In this document: positions 26,855-32,000 of the stretch, piece after piece
Numbering within the stretch: the first letter of the stretch is position 1
Layout: every line of letters starts with the position of its first letter
Assembly: GCF_000175255.2 (NCBI RefSeq)
Contig: NC_017262.1
Span: forward strand, 270,001 to 302,000
DNA from: Zymomonas mobilis subsp. mobilis ATCC 10988
GTDB lineage: Bacteria > Pseudomonadota > Alphaproteobacteria > Sphingomonadales > Sphingomonadaceae
Reading direction: 5' to 3'
DNA: 32,000 nt
Made by a program: the position numbers and the translations under genes
Notes under the pieces: model-generated
What the model was told of the DNA's origin: nothing
Databases searched by the model: none
The model's input: only the letters and a program-made list of their open reading frames with translations

Positions 26855-28075
26855 ATGTCTGTTTTTTTGCCCGATCAAAAATGGCAGCATCAGGAAGGCT
26901 TAAGCGATTTAATCAAGGCGTTAGGGGGTGACAGCATGATCCGCTTTGTTGGCGGATCGGTGCGCGATACCTTATTAGGATTGCCGGTCAATGATATAGA
27001 CTGCGCAACCCGCCATCATCCTGAAAAAACGATGGAGCTTATCCGGTCAGCTGGTTTTAAAGCTATTCCAACCGGCATCCAACATGGCACAATCACGGCT
27101 CTCTTGCCGACGAAATCTCCGGTTGAAATTACCAGTCTTAGACGGGATGTTTCGACCGATGGCCGCCATGCAACGATTGCCTATAGCGATAACTGGGAAG
27201 ATGATGCCCAAAGACGTGATTTTACGATCAATGCGCTTTATGCCGAGGCTGAGAGCGGCTTGGTGCATGACTATTTCGGTGGATTAGCCGATCTTAAGGC
27301 ACATTCTGTCCGTTTTATTGGCAATCCCGAAACGCGCATCGCGGAAGATCATCTGCGTATTTTGCGCTTTTTCCGCTTTTTCGCGCGTTTTGGTCAGAAT
27401 AATCCCGACCCTGAGGCGCTGGCAGCCTGTATCAAACGCGCCAATGATTTGATGGCGTTATCTCGTGAAAGGATTGCCAGCGAAGTCTTGAAGATTTTGG
27501 CCTTACCGGATCCTTTAGCGGTTATCAGCCTAATGATAAAATCCGGTATCTTTAAGCCGATTTTACCTGAAATTACAGCGGACAGTATTCTGCCTTTGCA
27601 ACGCCTAGTTGAAAGAGAAAGGCTCTACCACATTTCAGGAAACGCTCTGCTCCGTCTCGCCGCTTTGCTGCCAGAGGGAGCAGAAATGGCGCGCTCTGTC
27701 GCACAACGCCTGCGTTTCTCAAAAGAGCAGAAAAAATATCTGATCGCCTTATTAACCGCAGAAGAGGAAAAACCACTTTCCTTGGCATGGGCGATCGGAA
27801 AAGAGGAAGCTATTGCGCGTTTTTTGCTGTCTGATCGCGACGAAGCGACAGTCAATTCGGCGATAGCGCTTCTCAAAAACTGGGAACGCCCTGTTTTCCC
27901 GCTCAAAGGCGGCGATTTAATTGCCAAAGGCTTACCCGCAGGGCCTTTGGTCGCCACTATTCTGCAGAATATACAAAAAGCATGGGTCGAAGCCGCCTTT
28001 CCTAATAGCGACTGGGTGCAGGAAAAAGCGACCATTGCTATAGCGGAGACAATGGCTACCAAAGCAGAGCGTTAA
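26855..28075 (+). CDS. CCA tRNA nucleotidyltransferase / poly(A) polymerase family
   Basis: FVGGSVRDTLLGLPVNDIDCATRHHPEKTMEL, RRDFTINALYAEAESGLVHDYFGGLADLKAHSVRFIGNPETRIAEDHLRILRFFRFFARF. Start at 26855 (MSVFLPDQ) preferred. Confidence 0.95.
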   Translation: MSVFLPDQKWQHQEGLSDLIKALGGDSMIRFVGGSVRDTLLGLPVNDIDCATRHHPEKTMELIRSAGFKAIPTGIQHGTITALLPTKSPVEITSLRRDVSTDGRHATIAYSDNWEDDAQRRDFTINALYAEAESGLVHDYFGGLADLKAHSVRFIGNPETRIAEDHLRILRFFRFFARFGQNNPDPEALAACIKRANDLMALSRERIASEVLKILALPDPLAVISLMIKSGIFKPILPEITADSILPLQRLVERERLYHISGNALLRLAALLPEGAEMARSVAQRLRFSKEQKKYLIALLTAEEEKPLSLAWAIGKEEAIARFLLSDRDEATVNSAIALLKNWERPVFPLKGGDLIAKGLPAGPLVATILQNIQKAWVEAAFPNSDWVQEKATIAIAETMATKAER

Positions 28076-29811
28076 TTCCTGTTGGATGCCATATAGAAGG
28101 CAATCGCTTCATCAACAGGTAACGGACGGGAAAAGTAAAAGCCTTGGGCATAATCACAGCCCAAATCCATAATAATCTTCTTCTGTTCTGGTGTTTCGAT
28201 GCCTTCGACAATCGTTTTAATCGACAATGTCGAAGCCATGCTGGTGATAGCGCGAGTAATCGCAATCGCCGTTTTGTCTTCAGCCAGATTGGTCACAAAG
28301 CTACGATCTATTTTTAGATGATCGATAGGGAAAGTTTTCAGATAAGAAAGCGATGAATATCCGGTTCCGAAATCATCCATCGAAATTTTAATACCCAATT
28401 CATGCATGGTATTAATGACGCTGATACTTTGCTCAGGATAACGCATCAAAGCGCTTTCCGTTAATTCCAAGGTCAACCTTTCCCCGTTGATCCCCGTCTG
28501 CTTTTTAATATCGGTAATAAGCTGCGTCAGGTTATCACGCATTAACTGCAAGGCTGAAACATTGACAGAAACTCTTATCGGCAATGTATATCCGGCTTGT
28601 TTGTCCCATTGCTGCTGGGTATGCACCGAACTTTCCAAAGCCCAGCGTCCCAAAGGCACAATAAGACCCGATTCTTCGGCAACCGGAATAAATTCTGCCG
28701 GAGAAACAGGACCTAATGTCTCATGATTCCAGCGAGCTAAAGCTTCGAAACCAACAATCTTCTTATTATAGGGTGACAATATCGGCTGATAGACAAGGTG
28801 GAGATCGCCATTATCAATGGCGCGTCGAAGGTCGGTTTCAAGGCTAAATCTCTTTTGTAAGACGCTGGCTTCCCCGACATTATAAACTTCGACATGATCG
28901 GTTTCTTTCGCTCTTTTTAAAGCGATTTGGGCGTCCCTCAACAAATCTTCGGATACTTCGATCCGGTCATCCATCAACGAAAAGCCGATAGCGCAATTAA
29001 CCTTCACCTTTAGATTGGCGAGATTAAAAGGCGTGGACATCAAAGCCTTGATACGGCGCGCCGCATGCCAAACGTCAGAAGTGCCATGATGAAGCGACAG
29101 CAGGATACCAAATTGGTCGCCGCCAATGCGTCCTAATCTATCCCCCGGCCTTAAAACTGAAGTCAGACGCCGAGCAACGGAAACCAATAATTCGTCACCA
29201 ACGACTGACCCCATGCTTTCGTTAATCCGGCTAAAACGGATAAGGTCGATTGCAATAACAGCTACCGAAGCGGTGCCTTTTTCCAGAAGGATGACATCAT
29301 CTAACAGGCGTGAAAAACCGATACGGTTCGGTAAACCCGTCAAACTGTCACGCAGGATTTTCATCCGCATGGTCGATTGCAATTCGACAGCTTGGGTATT
29401 GTCAACCGGAACCATTAAATAACAGGTCATGCCCTGAATTTGGCAGCCCATCATCGTAACGATTATTTTATAACAGCGCTTTTTCTGTCCTCCCGGCGGC
29501 ATCCAATCAAATTGATACGGCTTATCTTGCGATAACGGCATGTATTTAAGAGCGGCCACCAGTTCAGGATGCAATTTTACAGTCGTATCCCCTTCCCATG
29601 GGGATAAATTGGCTGTTTTAGGTTCGCTGGCAATATCTATAAAATTTTGATTACAAAATAAAACAACCGGTTTTTTATTATTAAAGGTAATAAGCGCGGC
29701 CGGAAAAGGCATCGCATTAAAATAGCTTTGTTGTAAATTTTCTGAAGCTTCATCAAAAGGCCGACCACTGTCACTCATTACACCGGTCGTTTTTAATATA
29801 GGATCTGGCAT
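28072..29811 (-). CDS. PAS-like / degenerate GGDEF / EAL protein, predicted c-di-GMP phosphodiesterase
   Basis: 579 aa; GGDEF-type domain with GGDQF and upstream RPGD, then EAL domain with FEALARW, VNVSALQL, LELTESALM, DDFGTGYSSLSYL, IDRSFV, VEGIET, AQGFYFSRPLP. Confidence 0.93.
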   Translation of the reverse strand: MPDPILKTTGVMSDSGRPFDEASENLQQSYFNAMPFPAALITFNNKKPVVLFCNQNFIDIASEPKTANLSPWEGDTTVKLHPELVAALKYMPLSQDKPYQFDWMPPGGQKKRCYKIIVTMMGCQIQGMTCYLMVPVDNTQAVELQSTMRMKILRDSLTGLPNRIGFSRLLDDVILLEKGTASVAVIAIDLIRFSRINESMGSVVGDELLVSVARRLTSVLRPGDRLGRIGGDQFGILLSLHHGTSDVWHAARRIKALMSTPFNLANLKVKVNCAIGFSLMDDRIEVSEDLLRDAQIALKRAKETDHVEVYNVGEASVLQKRFSLETDLRRAIDNGDLHLVYQPILSPYNKKIVGFEALARWNHETLGPVSPAEFIPVAEESGLIVPLGRWALESSVHTQQQWDKQAGYTLPIRVSVNVSALQLMRDNLTQLITDIKKQTGINGERLTLELTESALMRYPEQSISVINTMHELGIKISMDDFGTGYSSLSYLKTFPIDHLKIDRSFVTNLAEDKTAIAITRAITSMASTLSIKTIVEGIETPEQKKIIMDLGCDYAQGFYFSRPLPVDEAIAFYMASNRN

Positions 29812-30059
29812 AATTGATTTTCCAGCGGCCTCTACTTTATCTGTTAAGCAATAATAATAAATAAAAAATCAAGACAACAAATAAGGCCACGAAATTATCT
29901 CAATATTGTATCCATATTTATCATTTCGCCGCCTTATTTGTATAAGTGAAACTATGTCGAGACAAAGAAAAATAATATTATACTGTTATGTGAAAAACCT
30001 ATAACAAGGGTCATAACGGATAAAGATAAATTTTTAATTAAAAAACAAAGCCCTATCTA

Positions 30060-32000
30060 TCATGAAAAACGGTTATTTTTCGGGAAACCAACCGGCGGTA
30101 AACGCCCGCTAGCACCGCGGGCAACGACCCAAGTTTTCATATCGGTTTCGGTTCTTATTCGACCAGATTCGCCGCCCATTGGCCAACTCAATCCCTCTTC
30201 AAGGGTAAAAGTCGTAGCATCTGACAGATGTCCGCCCCGATAACGTTGTAATTGAACACCACTTCCCTTTGCCAATTCAGGAATCTGGGACAGTGGGAAA
30301 GCCAATAATTTTCGATTTTCGCCGATAAGGGCAATATGGTCATGATCTTCTTCGATGACTTTTAAAACCATCAAATATTCGTCTTTTTTAACCCTAACAA
30401 TTTGTTTTCCCTTACGAGTTTCTGCAACCAGATTGGTCATCTGGGTAATAAAACCACGACCGCTCGAAGAAACGACCAACAATTTTCCTTCGGGATTAAG
30501 CGGTAATAAGGCCATTATCTTGGTGTCATTACTGATGTCCAACATTAACCGCACAGGTTCACCAAAACCGCGCCCACCGGGTAATCGGTCGGCAAGCAAA
30601 GTATAAAATCGACCATCTTCTGTCGCGATCAACAAGCGATCGGTGGTATAAGCATGGCAGATGAAATCAGCTTCATCGCCTTCCTTAAAGCGCATGGCTT
30701 CGGTCGATTTCAGATCAACATGCCCCTTTAGCCCCCGAATCCAGCCGCGTTTTGACAACACAACGGTCATGGGTTCCCGTTCGATCATCGCATCTAACGG
30801 AATAGCTTTTGCAGGCGTTTGTTCTTCAATCAGCGTTTGGCGTGCGCCTAATTTACTTTTTAGGCTATAGCGCTTCCGCAAAGCGGACAAATCGGATTTC
30901 AGCTTTTTACTTTGCAAAGCATCGCTTTCAATCAAAGCTTGAAGTCCAGCTCGTTCTTCTTTTAAGCTATCACGCTCTGCGGTAATTTCAGCTTCTTCTA
31001 GGCGCTTTAACGCTCTAAGCCGCATATTCAGAATCGCTTCGGCCTGACGATCACTTAACTTAAATTCAGCGATCATTACCGATTTGGGATCGTCTTCATT
31101 TCTGATGATTTCGATCACCCGATCAAGATTGAGATAAGCAGCTAGATAGCCTTCCAGTAATTCAACTCGGTCATCAATACGCTGTAAACGATGGCGACAA
31201 CGCCGCTGTAACATCGCAAATTGATGCGCCAACCACTCTTTCAAAACCGTATGGAGTGGTAAAACCGCAGGCGTATGATGGCTATCCAGCACATTCATAT
31301 TAAGCGAAATACGCGTTTCAAGACTGGTCAGATGGAATAAACCATCCATCAAAAGCTGGGGATCAACTGTTCTGCTTTTGGGTTCTAGGACAATCCTGAT
31401 ATTTTCATCAGATTCGTCGCGTATATCGCTAAGAATAGGCAGCTTTTTCTCGTTTATCAAAGCCGCTATTTCTTCAATTAAACGCGATTTCGGTATCTGC
31501 CACGGTATTTCATGAATAACAATAATCCAGCCGCCGCGACCGATATCTTCGACCTCATAACGCGCTCTAACTCTGAAAGATCCCCGTCCTGTCTCATAGG
31601 CGTGGCGGATAGTATCGACAGAATCAACGATCTGGCCGCCGGTCGGAAAATCTGGGCCTTTGACAAAACGCAATAATTCTTTGGTTTCGGCTTCGGGATG
31701 GTCAATTAAATGACAGATAGCATCTATCAATTCAGCGACATTATGAGGCGGAATAGAGGTCGCCATACCGACGGCAATACCGCTCGAACCATTAGCTAAA
31801 AGATTAGGGAAAAGACCGGAAAAAAATTCTGGCTCTTCTTCTTCGCTATTATAGGTAGGTCGAAAATCAACCGCGCCCTCTTCCATGCCTTCCATCAGGT
31901 CATAAGCGGCTGTGGTCAGGCGGGCTTCGGTATAACGCATAGCGGCGGCATTATCGCCGTCAATATTACCAAAATTACCCTGCCCATCGACCAAGGGATA
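30060..32000 (-). CDS. parC: DNA topoisomerase IV subunit A, 3' part (N terminus beyond right edge)
   Basis: YPLVDGQGNFGNIDGDNAAAMRYTEARLT, VDFRPTYNSEEEEPEFFSGLFPNLLANGSSGIAVGMATSIPPHN; C-terminal beta-pinwheel repeats. ORF continues in frame to position 32000. Confidence 0.94.
   Translation of the reverse strand, partial: YPLVDGQGNFGNIDGDNAAAMRYTEARLTTAAYDLMEGMEEGAVDFRPTYNSEEEEPEFFSGLFPNLLANGSSGIAVGMATSIPPHNVAELIDAICHLIDHPEAETKELLRFVKGPDFPTGGQIVDSVDTIRHAYETGRGSFRVRARYEVEDIGRGGWIIVIHEIPWQIPKSRLIEEIAALINEKKLPILSDIRDESDENIRIVLEPKSRTVDPQLLMDGLFHLTSLETRISLNMNVLDSHHTPAVLPLHTVLKEWLAHQFAMLQRRCRHRLQRIDDRVELLEGYLAAYLNLDRVIEIIRNEDDPKSVMIAEFKLSDRQAEAILNMRLRALKRLEEAEITAERDSLKEERAGLQALIESDALQSKKLKSDLSALRKRYSLKSKLGARQTLIEEQTPAKAIPLDAMIEREPMTVVLSKRGWIRGLKGHVDLKSTEAMRFKEGDEADFICHAYTTDRLLIATEDGRFYTLLADRLPGGRGFGEPVRLMLDISNDTKIMALLPLNPEGKLLVVSSSGRGFITQMTNLVAETRKGKQIVRVKKDEYLMVLKVIEEDHDHIALIGENRKLLAFPLSQIPELAKGSGVQLQRYRGGHLSDATTFTLEEGLSWPMGGESGRIRTETDMKTWVVARGASGRLPPVGFPKNNRFS

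Noticed and set aside
27625-28062. 145-aa minus-strand ORF inside the tRNA nucleotidyltransferase gene
   Set aside because: Antisense shadow ORF, no recognisable domain.
1-32000. CRISPR arrays, transposons, prophage genes, tRNA genes, defence systems
   Set aside because: No repeat-spacer arrays, transposase/integrase proteins, phage structural genes or cloverleaf-like sequences were noticed by eye; tRNAscan-SE and an IS or defence HMM scan would be needed to exclude them formally. The psp genes here are a membrane-stress system, not evidence of phage.

Overview
The window looks like an ordinary chromosomal segment of an alphaproteobacterium. The gene set and protein character point to Sphingomonadales, most like Zymomonas mobilis; this is inference, no database was searched. 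From left to right it contains: (1) the 5' part of an RlpA-like lipoprotein gene running off the left edge, which the supplied ORF track misses, and an mltB-type lytic transglycosylase; (2) a complete minus-strand cellulose synthesis operon bcsR-bcsQ-bcsA-bcsB-bcsC-bcsZ; (3) a minus-strand ffh-rpsP-rimM-trmD-rplS block with a strong terminator; (4) dapF-mtaB-ftsY on the plus strand, followed by the class A RNase P RNA gene rnpB; (5) a J-domain protein and a sufE/SecD-like pair; (6) a phage-shock (Psp) locus with divergent pspF, a near-consensus sigma-54 promoter, and an exported TonB_C-domain protein as first gene, then pspA-pspB-pspC and a second PspB-like protein; (7) sodB, folB, a GNAT gene and a tRNA nucleotidyltransferase gene; (8) a GGDEF(degenerate)-EAL protein; (9) the 3' part of parC running off the right edge. 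No phage, transposon, CRISPR or clearly novel defence-like system was seen. The best leads are the TonB_C gene leading the psp operon, the BcsR/BcsQ pair with a BcsQ P-loop lacking its lysine, a perfect 11-bp inverted repeat between bcsC and bcsZ, and a small cluster of DnaA-box-like sequences upstream of folB.
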